Source of the DNA: a virus
Reading direction: 5' to 3' (one strand)
IMG/VR virus record: IMGVR_UViG_3300021138_000002
Location: 81,097 to 145,096 of that record
Length of the DNA stretch: 64,000 nt
The notes below the pieces were generated by a model. That model had not been told where the DNA came from. It did no database searches and saw only the letters and a list, made by a program, of their open reading frames with translations. Every line of letters begins with the position of its first letter. Position 1 is the stretch's first letter. The position numbers were made by a program, and so were the translations under genes. This document shows positions 1-10,612 of the stretch, in pieces.

Positions 1-1
1 T

Positions 2-568
2 GGGTCCGGCACCGGAAACGGCACAGCCAGCGATTGCGGACAGTGCACCTTGGTAACCAGCGGCACACTTAGCTCTGGTCAAATGAACATGGTATTCAAT
101 GCCAATGGTGGATCAGCTTACGCCAGCCGTCTCACAAACAAGTACATCTGGGATGCCTCAAATACTCGCTATGCTGTAAACTTCTTTGTGGCAGGTACCA
201 ATACTCCGCTTGCTTTGGCCAACGTCACCATCACCGGCAACGCAGGCACATTCACTTGTTCTAACACCAATATTGGTCTAGGCGAATTGATCACAGTCAC
301 TGGCACATTGAGCAACGTGGCCACTGGCACAATCTCTGGTTACAGCAACCCAACCACTTATTATGTGATCAACACTAACGGCGTCAATACCTTTACTTTG
401 AGTACCACAGAAGGCGGTGCCAATATCACTACTGGCACTGGTAATACTACTGGATTGACATTCAACACCATAAGTTCAACCACATTCAAGTCTGGAGCAG
501 ATCCGGTAACTTGGACCAATGGTACTGGCAATTTGATCCTGGCACAGGTTCAGAATTACACATCATAA
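2..568 (+). CDS. Virion structural/fibre-associated protein, 5'-truncated (frame open from the window start)
   Basis: Frame is open upstream of the called TTG at 50 (GSGTGNGTASDCGQCTLV). Thr/Gly/Asn-rich; motif YYVINTNGVNTFTLSTTEGGA is typical of phage virion beta-sandwich modules. Confidence 0.6.
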   Translation, partial: GSGTGNGTASDCGQCTLVTSGTLSSGQMNMVFNANGGSAYASRLTNKYIWDASNTRYAVNFFVAGTNTPLALANVTITGNAGTFTCSNTNIGLGELITVTGTLSNVATGTISGYSNPTTYYVINTNGVNTFTLSTTEGGANITTGTGNTTGLTFNTISSTTFKSGADPVTWTNGTGNLILAQVQNYTS

Positions 569-584
569 CGCAGTTTTGTGTGGA

Positions 585-611
585 AAAAACCCGTACCTGT
601 TACGGGTTTTT
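585..611. terminator. Intrinsic terminator, likely bidirectional
   Basis: AAAAACCCGTA-cctgt-TACGGGTTTTT just after the stop at 568. Confidence 0.8.
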
Positions 612-659
612 AAATGAGTCAAAATTCTAAACACAGTCCCGGTTTTATGCGGGCACTGG

Positions 660-665
660 TAAATA
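660..665 (+). promoter_or_regulatory. T4-like late promoter core TAAATA. Other + strand copies at 6018, 7570, 10589, 18149, 24132, 25065, 26043, 28423, 32161, 34840, 36013, 41810, 45288, 47632, 58239; - strand copies at 22029-22034, 22609-22616, 28365-28370, 63957-63962
   Basis: TAAATA recurs just upstream of gene starts and resembles the gp55-dependent T4 late promoter TATAAATA. Here it is followed by SD AGGAGA and GTG 686. Confidence 0.75.
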
Positions 666-685
666 TATCATAATAGGAGAAAACC

Positions 686-3600
686 GTGGCCGTCACAAGA
701 ATAAAAAATAACCAGATCACTGATGCATCAGCTGGCAATACCCAACTTGGTATCAATGCAAATACCAAAGTACAAGATTATAGCGTAACTTCAGTCAAGT
801 TAGCTAACAATATTACCTATGGTTCAGACCTTACCATTTCGGGTAACCTAAGCGTAACTGGTACAACCACAGCGGTTGATACCACATATACCAACATACA
901 AGATCCCCTGATCGTATTAGCAGACGGACAGACTAGTGGTAGCCCGGCCGTGGACATCGGCTATATCGGTCTACGTGGAAACCAAGCCAATATTGCTCTT
1001 ATCTGGAATGAGGCCAACAGCACTTTTGCTGCTACCTATACCAACAGCGGTGTGAACGATAACACCGTTGTTGCGATCAACAGCTATGCCGACTTCAAGG
1101 CCAACAATGTAAACACTGTGACTGATGTTTCAGCAGGCGGTAACGTATCGGGTGGCAATGTCTCTGCCACAACTGATGTATCAGCTGGTGGCAATGTAGC
1201 AGGTGGCAATGTGACTGCTACTACCAATGTGAGTGCTGGCGGAAACGTTTTGGCCAATACTGATGTTTCGGCTGGCGGTAACGTAGTTGGTGGCAATGTA
1301 AATGTAACTACCAACGTAAGTGCTGGTGGCAACATCTACGGTGCAAATTTTGCAACAACAGGATCGGGTGGCAATATCACTGGTGCCAATGTTATTTCTG
1401 CAACTACAGTGACCACTACTGGTGATGTCAGTGCAGGTGGCAATGTTGTAACTGGTGCCAATGTCAGCGTAGGCGGAAACGTTTCAGTTGCTGGCAATAT
1501 TACTGCGGTAGGCAACATTGGTGCTGGTCAGTACCTGTTTGGTGATGGTTATTATATCAGCAACATCAACTCAGGCAATATTGCAGCCAGTAAAATTGTA
1601 AACGGCGGTAGCTTTGCTAATATAGCCACAACTGACGGCAACTTGGTAGTTGCCATTGGTAACGCTTCGAGCACAGTGGCCACATTCTATGACACTGGTA
1701 TCAACACCAACGGCAATCTCAGTGCCAGTGGTAATATACTAGCCGGGGCTGACATAAGTGCTGGTGGTAACGTAACTGCAACTACCAATATCTCAGCCGG
1801 TAGCAATGTTTTGGCCAATACCGATGTTTCAGCAGGCGGTAATGTGTTAGGTGGCAACGTAACTGCCACTACCAATGTTTCAGCTGGTAGCAATGTTCTT
1901 GCTAACACAGACGTTTCGGCTGGTGGTAACGTAATTGGTGGCAATGTAACTGCAACTACTAATGTTTCAGCTGGTAGCAACGTTTTAGCAAATACTGATG
2001 TAAGTGCTGGCGGTAATGTAATTGGTGGTAACGTAACTGCAACTACCAATGTTTCAGCTGGTAGCAATGTTCTTGCCAACACAGATGTAAGTGCTGGCGG
2101 TAATGTAATTGGTGGTAACGTAATCGCAACTACCACCGTGAGTGCTGGCACCAATGTAATTTCTGGACAAGATATCAGTGCAGGCGGCAATGTATTGGCC
2201 TACAACAGTGTTTCTGCTAACGGAAATATAGCAGGTGACAATGTAATTGCTGGCACTACCATTTCATCAGGCGGAAATGTATTGGTTTATGGTTTGGTGA
2301 CAGCTGGTGGCAACATACAGTCCAATCAAAATGTACAGGCTTTCCAGGATGTCAGTGCCGGTGGTAACATAATTGCAAATTACAACGTAACTGCTACAGG
2401 CAACGTAACTGGTGGTAACGTAAATGCGGTTGGTATAGGTGCAGTAGTAAGTGCAGACGGCAACGTGGTTGGTGGCAACATAGTCACTCAAGGCACTATC
2501 ACAGCCACAGGTACATTGGAAGCTGGCAACATAGTCACCGGCGGATATGTAACTGCCACAGGTAACGTACAAGCCGGCAATATCAACACAGCAGGCGACG
2601 TAAGCGCCACAGCCAATGTCAACAGCGGCAACGTAAACAGTGGCACTATCAGTGCCACAGGTGCGATATATGGTGCCAACATCAACAGCAACTATCTCTA
2701 CAGTGCCAACAGCAGTTTGGTTATCAGTGCAGTAGGTACCAATAGCGGTATCAGCATATTCACCAACGGCTCGGGCAACATTGGTGTGGGCAATGCCTAT
2801 ATCAACAACTTGGCTGATCCACAGCAGAATCAAGATGCGGCTACCAAGTTCTATGTTGACAGCGTGGCACAAGGTTTAGCAGTAAAAGCTTCTGTGAGTG
2901 TGAGTGAAGTTTCCACATTGGCCAACGTGACCAACGTGACCAACGTGACTTACAACAACGGCACGTCCGGAGTTGGTGCCACATTGACCATAACCAGTAC
3001 AGCTCAAATCAGTTTAGACGGAGTTAATCTCAGTACATTGCCGGCCAATGCCAGAGTATTGATACAGAACGAAACCGGATCCGGTGCTGGCGATACCAAT
3101 GCTGCCTGGAACGGTATCTATTACATATCAACCAATACTCCAACCAACACTGTGCTCACACGTAGCTTGGATATGAATCAACCGAGCGAATTCTACGGTG
3201 CATTTACCTTTGTTGAAGACGGTACTGTGTACAAGGCCTCGGGTTGGGTATGTACCAATACTGCTGAGGCTAGCCCGATCACGATCGGTACCACAGCAGT
3301 TACTTGGAGCCAGTTCTCGGGTGCAGGTGCTTACACACAAGGCAACGGTATCGCGATTACAGGCACAATCATCAGCACCAGAATCAACACTGGCAATTTA
3401 GAGTATGATGGTAGCGGAAACCTACAAGTATCCAGCTATGCCAATTTGACTTATCCAAATATTGGATCAGCAACTGGTACCACATTGAGCTTGACCGGTA
3501 ATTTGGTTGCCAGTGCGATTGGCTCAACCGACAGCATGAGTGCTGCAGGCAATGTTTATGCAGGCAATATCAGTACAAGTGGCACTGTAGTTGCGGTAGC

Positions 3601-5965
3601 CAACATAACTGGTGGCAACTTGTTGACCGGCAACGTGGTCAGTGCAACTGGTAACGTAACAGGTGGCAATTTGATCACTGCAGGTTATGTTTCTGCTACT
3701 GGCAATTTGTACGGTGGTAACCTCAGCTTGTCAGGCAACGTACTCAGCGATATCAACATGTTGGGCAACATCACTGCAGGTGGATATATCACCGCAGTTG
3801 GCAACGTGTCAGCTGGCAATGTAAACACTGGCATAGTATCAGCTAGCGGTAACATATATTCAGCCAATATATTTGCCACAGGCGCTATTATTCCTACCAC
3901 AGACAACACATTTACACTGGGTAACTCAACCAACAGTTGGCAAAGCCTGTATGTTAGCGGAAGCACCATTTACTTGGGCAACATCCAACTCAAACAAACC
4001 GCGGCAAATACCCTTAGCGTGGTAGCCAGCGATGGTACTACACCAGCCAGCTTGTCTATCAACAGTATCAGTGCCAGTGGAAATATCACTGCTAATGGAA
4101 ACATGAGTGCCGGCGGCAATGTATGGTCTTCGGCAGACGTCAGCGCCACAGGCAATGTGTACGGCAACAATCTTTCAGCAGTCAGCAATGTAGCAGGTGG
4201 CAATATAGTTGCAACTACCGATGTAAGTGCTGGTGGTAATGTTTTAGCCAATACCGACCTAAGTGCTGGCGGCAATGTTGTGGGTGGCAATGTAAACGTA
4301 ACTACCAACGTAAGTGCTGGTGGTAACGTCTATGGTGCCAATTTTGCAACAACGGGCCCAAGTGGCAACATTACTGGTGCCAATGTTATTTCTGCAACCA
4401 CATTCACTGCCAGCGGCAATGTCACTGCCAACAATGTAACAGTTGGAAACATAGTGAGTGCAGTTGGCAATATTGTTACTAGCAACTACTTTGTGGGCGA
4501 TGGTTACTACATCAGCAACATCAACGCCGGCAACGTGGCCACAACCAAAATCTTTAACGGCAACAGCTATGCCAACGTAACTGCCAGCAACGGCAACGTC
4601 ACAATTGGTGTAAACAGCAATTTGGTAGCCACATTCTATGACACTGGTATCAGTTCAACTGGCAATGTAAACGTTGACGGATTAACTATTGCAGTAGGTC
4701 AGAGTTTGATTGGTACCACAGCCAATGCCAATATTACCATAACACCAAACGGATCGGGCGTACTTGCAGTACAAAGTTCCAGCAACGTTGGTATAGTTGT
4801 AAGTACAACTAGTGCTAATTTAAAAAATCAAATTAGAGTGCAGACTGTTGGAACCACCCTGGGCGGAAGCGGCGGCGGAGCATTTGTTGGAACTTATGTA
4901 CTAGGTAACGGCACACCAACACAAAGTCAAAATCGTTTGGTAACCATTGTTGGTGAAGGATCTGAAGACGGCACAACTGCCGGCCCAAGTGCTGCAACCA
5001 AGATCACGTTGGATGCTGCAGCCGATTGGTCAACAGGAAACACACCGGCTCACATCAGTTTTTGGACCACACCAAGTGGAAGCAACGTCAGTGTTGAATC
5101 AGTACGAGCCGAATCCAACGGCGATTTGAGTATTTTTAATGGTAACTTGAATGCAGCCAACGGTAACGTTTACACAACCAGTGTCAGCGCCAGCGGTTCG
5201 ATTGTGGCAGACGCCAATATCACCGGTGGTAATATATACACTGGCGGCGAAATCAGTTCAACTGGTAACGTCACATCTGGCACATTCTTCTATGTTGATC
5301 CTGTAGACAGCACTGTGTTGATCGGCAACAGCTCGATCGTGGCCTGTTCTGTATTGAGTTTGAACACCACAACCAGCTTTGTAGTTCCAGTTGGTAACAC
5401 AGCACAACGTCCAAGTTCAACTTACACTGGTATGGTTCGTTTCAATACCAGCCAAAACAACTTGGAAGTGTACGACAACGCACAATGGAGCCCAGTTGGT
5501 TCAACCACATACACTGTGATTGCTGACGAACAGTTCAACGGCGACGGTGCTACTGTGGCCTTTACATTGGGTAGCACACAAACTACCAACAGTTGTATTG
5601 TAAGCATCAACGGTGTGGTACAGATCCCAACATTGGCTTATGCTGTGTCAGGAACTTACCCAACTTGTGTGTTGACATTCACAGAAGCTCCAGAACTTGG
5701 TGACGTAATTGATGTAAGAGAAATCACAACCACAGTGACCTTGACCGAATTGGCCAGCCAAAGCGGTAATGCAACTGTAACTGTAAGCAACACCAGCGCC
5801 GAAGTTGACATCAAGGGTAACTTGGTAACCACAGTTAATAGCTCAGCTCCAACCCTGTCGACCAACCAGACCTTGAGCTTCCAGCTAGTATCAAATACCA
5901 GCTTGAAGATCTTGGTACGCGGCAGCGACGGTGTAACAAGAAGCGCCACATTGACCCTGAGCTAA
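686..5965 (+). CDS. Large tail-fibre/appendage protein with SAGGNV hexad repeats (1759 aa)
   Basis: Long beta-helix-like GN repeats. Phage fibre modules DAATKFYVD, RVLIQNE..NGIY, VPVGNTAQRP..GMVRFNT and FNGDG..INGVVQ..LTFTEAP are present. Confidence 0.8.
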   Translation: MAVTRIKNNQITDASAGNTQLGINANTKVQDYSVTSVKLANNITYGSDLTISGNLSVTGTTTAVDTTYTNIQDPLIVLADGQTSGSPAVDIGYIGLRGNQANIALIWNEANSTFAATYTNSGVNDNTVVAINSYADFKANNVNTVTDVSAGGNVSGGNVSATTDVSAGGNVAGGNVTATTNVSAGGNVLANTDVSAGGNVVGGNVNVTTNVSAGGNIYGANFATTGSGGNITGANVISATTVTTTGDVSAGGNVVTGANVSVGGNVSVAGNITAVGNIGAGQYLFGDGYYISNINSGNIAASKIVNGGSFANIATTDGNLVVAIGNASSTVATFYDTGINTNGNLSASGNILAGADISAGGNVTATTNISAGSNVLANTDVSAGGNVLGGNVTATTNVSAGSNVLANTDVSAGGNVIGGNVTATTNVSAGSNVLANTDVSAGGNVIGGNVTATTNVSAGSNVLANTDVSAGGNVIGGNVIATTTVSAGTNVISGQDISAGGNVLAYNSVSANGNIAGDNVIAGTTISSGGNVLVYGLVTAGGNIQSNQNVQAFQDVSAGGNIIANYNVTATGNVTGGNVNAVGIGAVVSADGNVVGGNIVTQGTITATGTLEAGNIVTGGYVTATGNVQAGNINTAGDVSATANVNSGNVNSGTISATGAIYGANINSNYLYSANSSLVISAVGTNSGISIFTNGSGNIGVGNAYINNLADPQQNQDAATKFYVDSVAQGLAVKASVSVSEVSTLANVTNVTNVTYNNGTSGVGATLTITSTAQISLDGVNLSTLPANARVLIQNETGSGAGDTNAAWNGIYYISTNTPTNTVLTRSLDMNQPSEFYGAFTFVEDGTVYKASGWVCTNTAEASPITIGTTAVTWSQFSGAGAYTQGNGIAITGTIISTRINTGNLEYDGSGNLQVSSYANLTYPNIGSATGTTLSLTGNLVASAIGSTDSMSAAGNVYAGNISTSGTVVAVANITGGNLLTGNVVSATGNVTGGNLITAGYVSATGNLYGGNLSLSGNVLSDINMLGNITAGGYITAVGNVSAGNVNTGIVSASGNIYSANIFATGAIIPTTDNTFTLGNSTNSWQSLYVSGSTIYLGNIQLKQTAANTLSVVASDGTTPASLSINSISASGNITANGNMSAGGNVWSSADVSATGNVYGNNLSAVSNVAGGNIVATTDVSAGGNVLANTDLSAGGNVVGGNVNVTTNVSAGGNVYGANFATTGPSGNITGANVISATTFTASGNVTANNVTVGNIVSAVGNIVTSNYFVGDGYYISNINAGNVATTKIFNGNSYANVTASNGNVTIGVNSNLVATFYDTGISSTGNVNVDGLTIAVGQSLIGTTANANITITPNGSGVLAVQSSSNVGIVVSTTSANLKNQIRVQTVGTTLGGSGGGAFVGTYVLGNGTPTQSQNRLVTIVGEGSEDGTTAGPSAATKITLDAAADWSTGNTPAHISFWTTPSGSNVSVESVRAESNGDLSIFNGNLNAANGNVYTTSVSASGSIVADANITGGNIYTGGEISSTGNVTSGTFFYVDPVDSTVLIGNSSIVACSVLSLNTTTSFVVPVGNTAQRPSSTYTGMVRFNTSQNNLEVYDNAQWSPVGSTTYTVIADEQFNGDGATVAFTLGSTQTTNSCIVSINGVVQIPTLAYAVSGTYPTCVLTFTEAPELGDVIDVREITTTVTLTELASQSGNATVTVSNTSAEVDIKGNLVTTVNSSAPTLSTNQTLSFQLVSNTSLKILVRGSDGVTRSATLTLS
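1772..2120 (+). repeat. About 4 tandem 87-bp (29 aa) repeats, VTATTNVSAGSNVLANTDVSAGGNVIGGN
   Basis: Units start near 1772, 1859, 1946 and 2033. Confidence 0.85.
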
Positions 5966-5981
5966 AAACTATAGGGTTTAG

Positions 5982-6014
5982 AAAAAATAGGACTCTCCGG
6001 AGTTCTATTTTTTT
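5982..6014. terminator. Intrinsic terminator
   Basis: AAAAAATAGGACTC-tccg-GAGTTCTATTTTTTT, with one G-U pair. Confidence 0.8.
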
Positions 6015-6044
6015 GGCTAAATATACAATAGGATAGGTAAAAAA

Positions 6045-6776
6045 ATGGCTCTAACTAAACCCCGTGCGTATCAGATATACGACATAGATTACAAACAAGC
6101 GACCCGAGTAGTAACAGTTACCAACGTTTCTTTAACTGGCGGAGCCCCAAACAATGTGGACGGAGTAACGCTCAGCCTCAACGATCGAGTGCTAGTCACC
6201 GGCCAGGCTGACCAGACACAAAACGGTATCTACATCATAACCACTGTGGGATCGGGTGCCAACGGAACTTGGGCTCGTAGCAACGATACCAACGAAACAG
6301 GAGAACTATTAGCCGGCACCATTGTCATGGTCACCGAAGGTGTAATCTACGCAGATACTCAGTGGAAACTGATCACAGACAATCCGATCATGATCGGAAC
6401 CACGCCCTTAGTATTCACACAAAATTATTTGGCCAACGTATTACACGCTGGCAACAGCAATGTCACAGTTTACAGCAACGCCAATGTGACCATAACAGCT
6501 GCCGGTGCAGCCAATGTGCTCACCGTAGCCTCGGATGGTGTGTACGTGATTGGCAATGTGTCGGCTTCTGGCAATGTCACAGCCGGTCGTGTGTCAGCTA
6601 CCGGCAATGTGACCGGTAACAATGTGGTTGCTGTGGCAGGATTTTTGGGCAATAATATCAGTGTGTCTGGCAACGTGACCCTGGGCAACCGACTGGATTG
6701 GACATCAAACGGTACCAGTGCGGTATACCAAGTGTACAATGCCAGCACCGGAAGCCTGGATACCATATTTGGGTAA
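6045..6776 (+). CDS. Fibre/structural protein (243 aa)
   Basis: The VDGV..DRVLV..QNGIY..WAR module is shared with ORF 686. GN repeats; C-terminus YNASTGSLDTIFG. Confidence 0.7.
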   Translation: MALTKPRAYQIYDIDYKQATRVVTVTNVSLTGGAPNNVDGVTLSLNDRVLVTGQADQTQNGIYIITTVGSGANGTWARSNDTNETGELLAGTIVMVTEGVIYADTQWKLITDNPIMIGTTPLVFTQNYLANVLHAGNSNVTVYSNANVTITAAGAANVLTVASDGVYVIGNVSASGNVTAGRVSATGNVTGNNVVAVAGFLGNNISVSGNVTLGNRLDWTSNGTSAVYQVYNASTGSLDTIFG

Positions 6777-6779
6777 TGT

Positions 6780-7649
6780 ATGTCTACATTAGCGACCCGA
6801 CTCACCAGTGATGGCATACTGCTAACCAATGCCTACTTTGACGAAATCACCAAGACCTGGGTCAGTATAGCACCTGATGCTGTGTATGCCGGCCAGTTTG
6901 ACGAAGTTTTTCTAGCCACCGGCAGTTTGTTGTTCTCGGGATCCACCGATTTTCTCTACGGAACCAACTCGGTATTTGACATCAGTGCACCTGGCACAGC
7001 CTGGACATTTGAAACTTGGATTTATCCTGCAACAGCCGGTGCTGTGTTCAGCATCGGCGACGGTACCCAGTACGGGCAGAGTTTTGCATTAGATTGGGGC
7101 GTTACTGCCACTGACAAATTTACGCTAAAGCAAGGTGATGGATCCAGTTATCCCATTTCGATTACCACTGCTGGCACCTATGCCAGCGGATCTTGGTATC
7201 ACGTGGCTGTGAGTTACACTGCCAGCGGCCTGAGAGCCATCTATGTCAACGGTGTGGATGATGCCAGTTACATGGCATCGGTCACGTTGAGTTCGGCCAC
7301 CCAGTGGGTGGTCAACGGCTACTACGACAACAACGGTCTGGGCAATGCTGGCGGATCCGGGCACCTGAGCAATCTGAGATTTGTGTTGGGCACAGCCCTG
7401 TACACAGCCAATTTTACGCCGCCTTACGCACCCCTAGTGCCGGTCACCAACACACAACTGCTGTTGTGCATGCCCGACAATGGTGGTGTCTTGATTGATA
7501 CCAGTGCCAACGCTTTCAAAATTCAGAGCCAAGGAACACCGGTAGCAACTGTTTTAAAACCATTCGTGGTAAATACTGTACAACGAGAATTAAACACAGG
7601 AACCTTACAGGTTTCTGGATATTTTGATGAAGAAACTGGCATCATTTAA
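6780..7649 (+). CDS. 'FDE-motif' adaptor protein with inserted LamG/concanavalin-A-like domain
   Basis: WTFETWIYP..WYHVAV..IYVNG..GHLSNLRFV is LamG-like. The flanks (FDEIT, FDEV, FDEETG) match ORF 9963. Confidence 0.7.
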   Translation: MSTLATRLTSDGILLTNAYFDEITKTWVSIAPDAVYAGQFDEVFLATGSLLFSGSTDFLYGTNSVFDISAPGTAWTFETWIYPATAGAVFSIGDGTQYGQSFALDWGVTATDKFTLKQGDGSSYPISITTAGTYASGSWYHVAVSYTASGLRAIYVNGVDDASYMASVTLSSATQWVVNGYYDNNGLGNAGGSGHLSNLRFVLGTALYTANFTPPYAPLVPVTNTQLLLCMPDNGGVLIDTSANAFKIQSQGTPVATVLKPFVVNTVQRELNTGTLQVSGYFDEETGII

Positions 7650-7667
7650 CAATTAGGACAATAAAAA

Positions 7668-9950
7668 ATGGCTAAACTGCTATCAGGAACCACGGTATAC
7701 GGAAATGCCGTAATCCAAACATATATAACCGTTACCGGTAACGTGATCGGTGGCAACGTACTAGTAACCGGATCCGGACAGATCAGCACAGCTGGAAATG
7801 TCTATGCCAACAACACAATCATAGCTGGATCAGAAACTGTGACTGGAAATATCACTGGTGGTAACATATTGACAGGTGGACAAATAAGTGCCACTGGCAA
7901 TATCACCATACCGCAAGGCAACTTCTTTATCGGTAATGGTAGCCAACTTACCGGTGTTGTTGCTACTTCGGCCAATGCCCAAACATTGACTGGCACATAC
8001 CTTGCCAACAATGTTGTAACTTCCAATTTGACCAGTTTTGGTCTTGTAACTTCTATCAGCTCAACCGGCAACGTCACTACCACAGGTAATGTAATTGGTG
8101 GCAACGTATTAACAGGTGGTTTGATTTCGGCGGCTGGTACGATCACCAGTGCAGCCAACATCACTGGCGGTAATGTATTAACTGCTGGCTTGATCAGCTC
8201 GACCGGCACAATCACTTCGGCAGCAAACGTGATCGGCGGCAATTTGGTCACTGCTGGATCAGTCACAGCCACAGCCAACATCACCGGCGGTAATGTATTA
8301 ACAGCCGGTTTGGTAAGTGCTACAGGCAATGTCACAGGCGGCAACATAACCACCGCTGGTTTAATCACTGCAACCGGTGCAATCACCAGTTCTGCCAACA
8401 TCACAGGTGGTAATGTACTAACTGGTGGTTTGATCAGTGCCACAGGTAATGTGATCAGCGGCAACATAAACACCGGCAGTATCAGCCAAACCGGAAACTT
8501 ATATGTGGGCGGATCGGCCAACATTATCGGTAACTTGAACGTACAGGGCAATGTAACATTCGTCAACAGCAACGTAATCACTGTAAACGATTTATACATC
8601 GAACTGGCCAACAACATCACTACCTATGCCAACGCTAACAGTGCTGGTTTGGTAGTTGGACCTGCCGGCAACAGCTTGTTCAATTGGCAGTATCTCAATT
8701 CAGCCAATGCCTGGTCAACCAACATCGGTATCAGTGCCCAGGGCAACATAAACGGTGGTAATGTAATCACAGGTGGTTTGGTAAACGCCACAGGCAATTT
8801 AACAGGTGGAAATGTAAACACAGCCGGTCTAATCAGTGCCGCAGGCAATATCTACGGTGGCAATTTGAGCATCACCGGAAGCATTACATTTGCTACAGTG
8901 ACTGGAACTACAATCAGTGTCACTGGTAATGTGATTGGTGGTAATCTATTGACAGGTGGTGGCGTAAGTGCTGCCGGACAGATCAGTGCCACAGCCAACA
9001 TCACTGGTGGCAATTTGCTCACAGCTGGTCTAATCAGCTCAACTGGCTCTATCACCAGTGCTGCGAACGTGACCGGTGGTAATGTATTGACTGCTGGATT
9101 GGTAAGTGCCACGGGTAACATAACTGGCGGTAACATATTAAGTGCTGGCTTGGCCAGTTTGACCGGCAACATCACAGGCGGTAACATATTAACTGCTGGT
9201 TTGATCAGCTCAACTGGCACAATCACCAGTGCTGCTAATATCACAGGTGGTAACGTATTAACTGCTGGTTTGATCAGCTCAACTGGTAATTTGACCAGCG
9301 GCAACATTACAACCAGCGGCTCAGTGACAGCCACAGCCAATATTACCGGCGGCAACATATTAACTGCCGGCTTGATCAGCTCAACTGGTACTATCACTAG
9401 TTCTGCCAACATTGCAGGTGGTAATGTACTCACAGCTGGATTGATATCAGCAACCGGTAACGTAACAGGTAATTACATATTGGGTAACGGTAGTCAATTG
9501 ACCGGTATTGATGTTGGACCACAACCCAACATTGTGAACGGAACTACCAACGTAAGTATTGCCACAGCCAATGCCAATGTGACAGTGAGTGTCGGCGGTG
9601 TTGGCAACGTAGCAGTATTTTCGACAGCCGGACTCAGTGTATCAGGCACAGTACAAGCCAACGGAACTGTCACAGGCGGTAATTTGGCCACAGCCGGCAC
9701 CGCCAGTGCAACCGGCAACATCACCGGCGGTAACATACTGACAGCTGGATTGGTCAGCGCCACAGGCACCATTACTAGTGCTGCCAATATCACTGGTGGT
9801 AACTTGTTAACAGGTGGACAAATAAGTGCTACTGGTAATATTGCCACAAGCGCCTATTTAAACTTGGCCAACAGTGCTAATGCTGCCGGCCCAGGTGGAC
9901 ACATAACTTATAACTCAAGTCTGATCAGCATAGACTTTACCTTTGGATAA
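7668..9950 (+). CDS. Fibre protein with ~17-aa GN repeats (760 aa)
   Basis: N-terminus MAKLLSGTTVYGNA; [16 protein letters not shown] repeats; C-terminus YNSSLISIDFTFG. Confidence 0.75.
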   Translation: MAKLLSGTTVYGNAVIQTYITVTGNVIGGNVLVTGSGQISTAGNVYANNTIIAGSETVTGNITGGNILTGGQISATGNITIPQGNFFIGNGSQLTGVVATSANAQTLTGTYLANNVVTSNLTSFGLVTSISSTGNVTTTGNVIGGNVLTGGLISAAGTITSAANITGGNVLTAGLISSTGTITSAANVIGGNLVTAGSVTATANITGGNVLTAGLVSATGNVTGGNITTAGLITATGAITSSANITGGNVLTGGLISATGNVISGNINTGSISQTGNLYVGGSANIIGNLNVQGNVTFVNSNVITVNDLYIELANNITTYANANSAGLVVGPAGNSLFNWQYLNSANAWSTNIGISAQGNINGGNVITGGLVNATGNLTGGNVNTAGLISAAGNIYGGNLSITGSITFATVTGTTISVTGNVIGGNLLTGGGVSAAGQISATANITGGNLLTAGLISSTGSITSAANVTGGNVLTAGLVSATGNITGGNILSAGLASLTGNITGGNILTAGLISSTGTITSAANITGGNVLTAGLISSTGNLTSGNITTSGSVTATANITGGNILTAGLISSTGTITSSANIAGGNVLTAGLISATGNVTGNYILGNGSQLTGIDVGPQPNIVNGTTNVSIATANANVTVSVGGVGNVAVFSTAGLSVSGTVQANGTVTGGNLATAGTASATGNITGGNILTAGLVSATGTITSAANITGGNLLTGGQISATGNIATSAYLNLANSANAAGPGGHITYNSSLISIDFTFG
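8472..8738 (+). repeat. 267-bp segment duplicated at 11651-11917 (shared fibre module)
   Basis: Both copies encode [35 protein letters not shown]; most differences are synonymous. Confidence 0.9.
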
Positions 9951-9962
9951 TAGGGGAACACC

Positions 9963-10205
9963 ATGACATTTTTAGCCGCTAGACTGTTGAGCACCGGCAA
10001 CCTGATGATAGCCAACACTATCCAGTTTGACGAAGTCACGTACAGCAATGTACACATTGCTCAGAATGGATGCTATGCGGGATTGCTGGATGAAGTCACC
10101 CAACCAGCCAATGTGCCCATGCGTATACTGAACAACCAAACCATACAAACTGGTAATGTAGCAGGAGCCAACGGAATATTTGACGAGTATACCGGCATAA
10201 GTTAA
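9963..10205 (+). CDS. Minimal 'FDE-motif' adaptor protein (80 aa), paralogue of 6780 without LamG
   Basis: LAARLLSTGNL..QFDEVT..LDEVT..FDEYTGIS; SD GGGGA upstream. Confidence 0.7.
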   Translation: MTFLAARLLSTGNLMIANTIQFDEVTYSNVHIAQNGCYAGLLDEVTQPANVPMRILNNQTIQTGNVAGANGIFDEYTGIS

Positions 10206-10213
10206 AGGATACT

Positions 10214-10591
10214 ATGGCCAAATTACAAAGCGGAACCACGGTATACGGAAATGCCAATGTCACTACATACCTAACAGTTGGAAGCTATGTATCGGCTGCG
10301 GGCAACGTGTATGCCGGCAACATTGTCAGCACCGGTTCAGAATCAGTCGCAGGAAACATTATCGGTGGTAACATACTCACTGCCGGACAGATCAGTGCCA
10401 CCGGTAACATCACAGCTGATCCTAGCAGTTTTTTCATTGGTAATGGTAGTTTACTGACTGGTGTACAAACCAGTAACGGTGGTAATCTATTGGTATTACA
10501 AAGAACAGGCATCCTAAAGGTGCCAATTAGCTATGGTTATCTGCTGGTGGTGGGTCGATCTGGAAATGTACAATGTCCAATTGTTGCATAA
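10214..10591 (+). CDS. Short fibre protein, paralogue of the 7668 N-terminus
   Basis: MAKLQSGTTVYGNA..FFIGNGSLLTGV; SD AAGGA. Confidence 0.7.
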   Translation: MAKLQSGTTVYGNANVTTYLTVGSYVSAAGNVYAGNIVSTGSESVAGNIIGGNILTAGQISATGNITADPSSFFIGNGSLLTGVQTSNGGNLLVLQRTGILKVPISYGYLLVVGRSGNVQCPIVA

Positions 10592-10612
10592 ATATGATAA
10601 TAGGATAATAAC

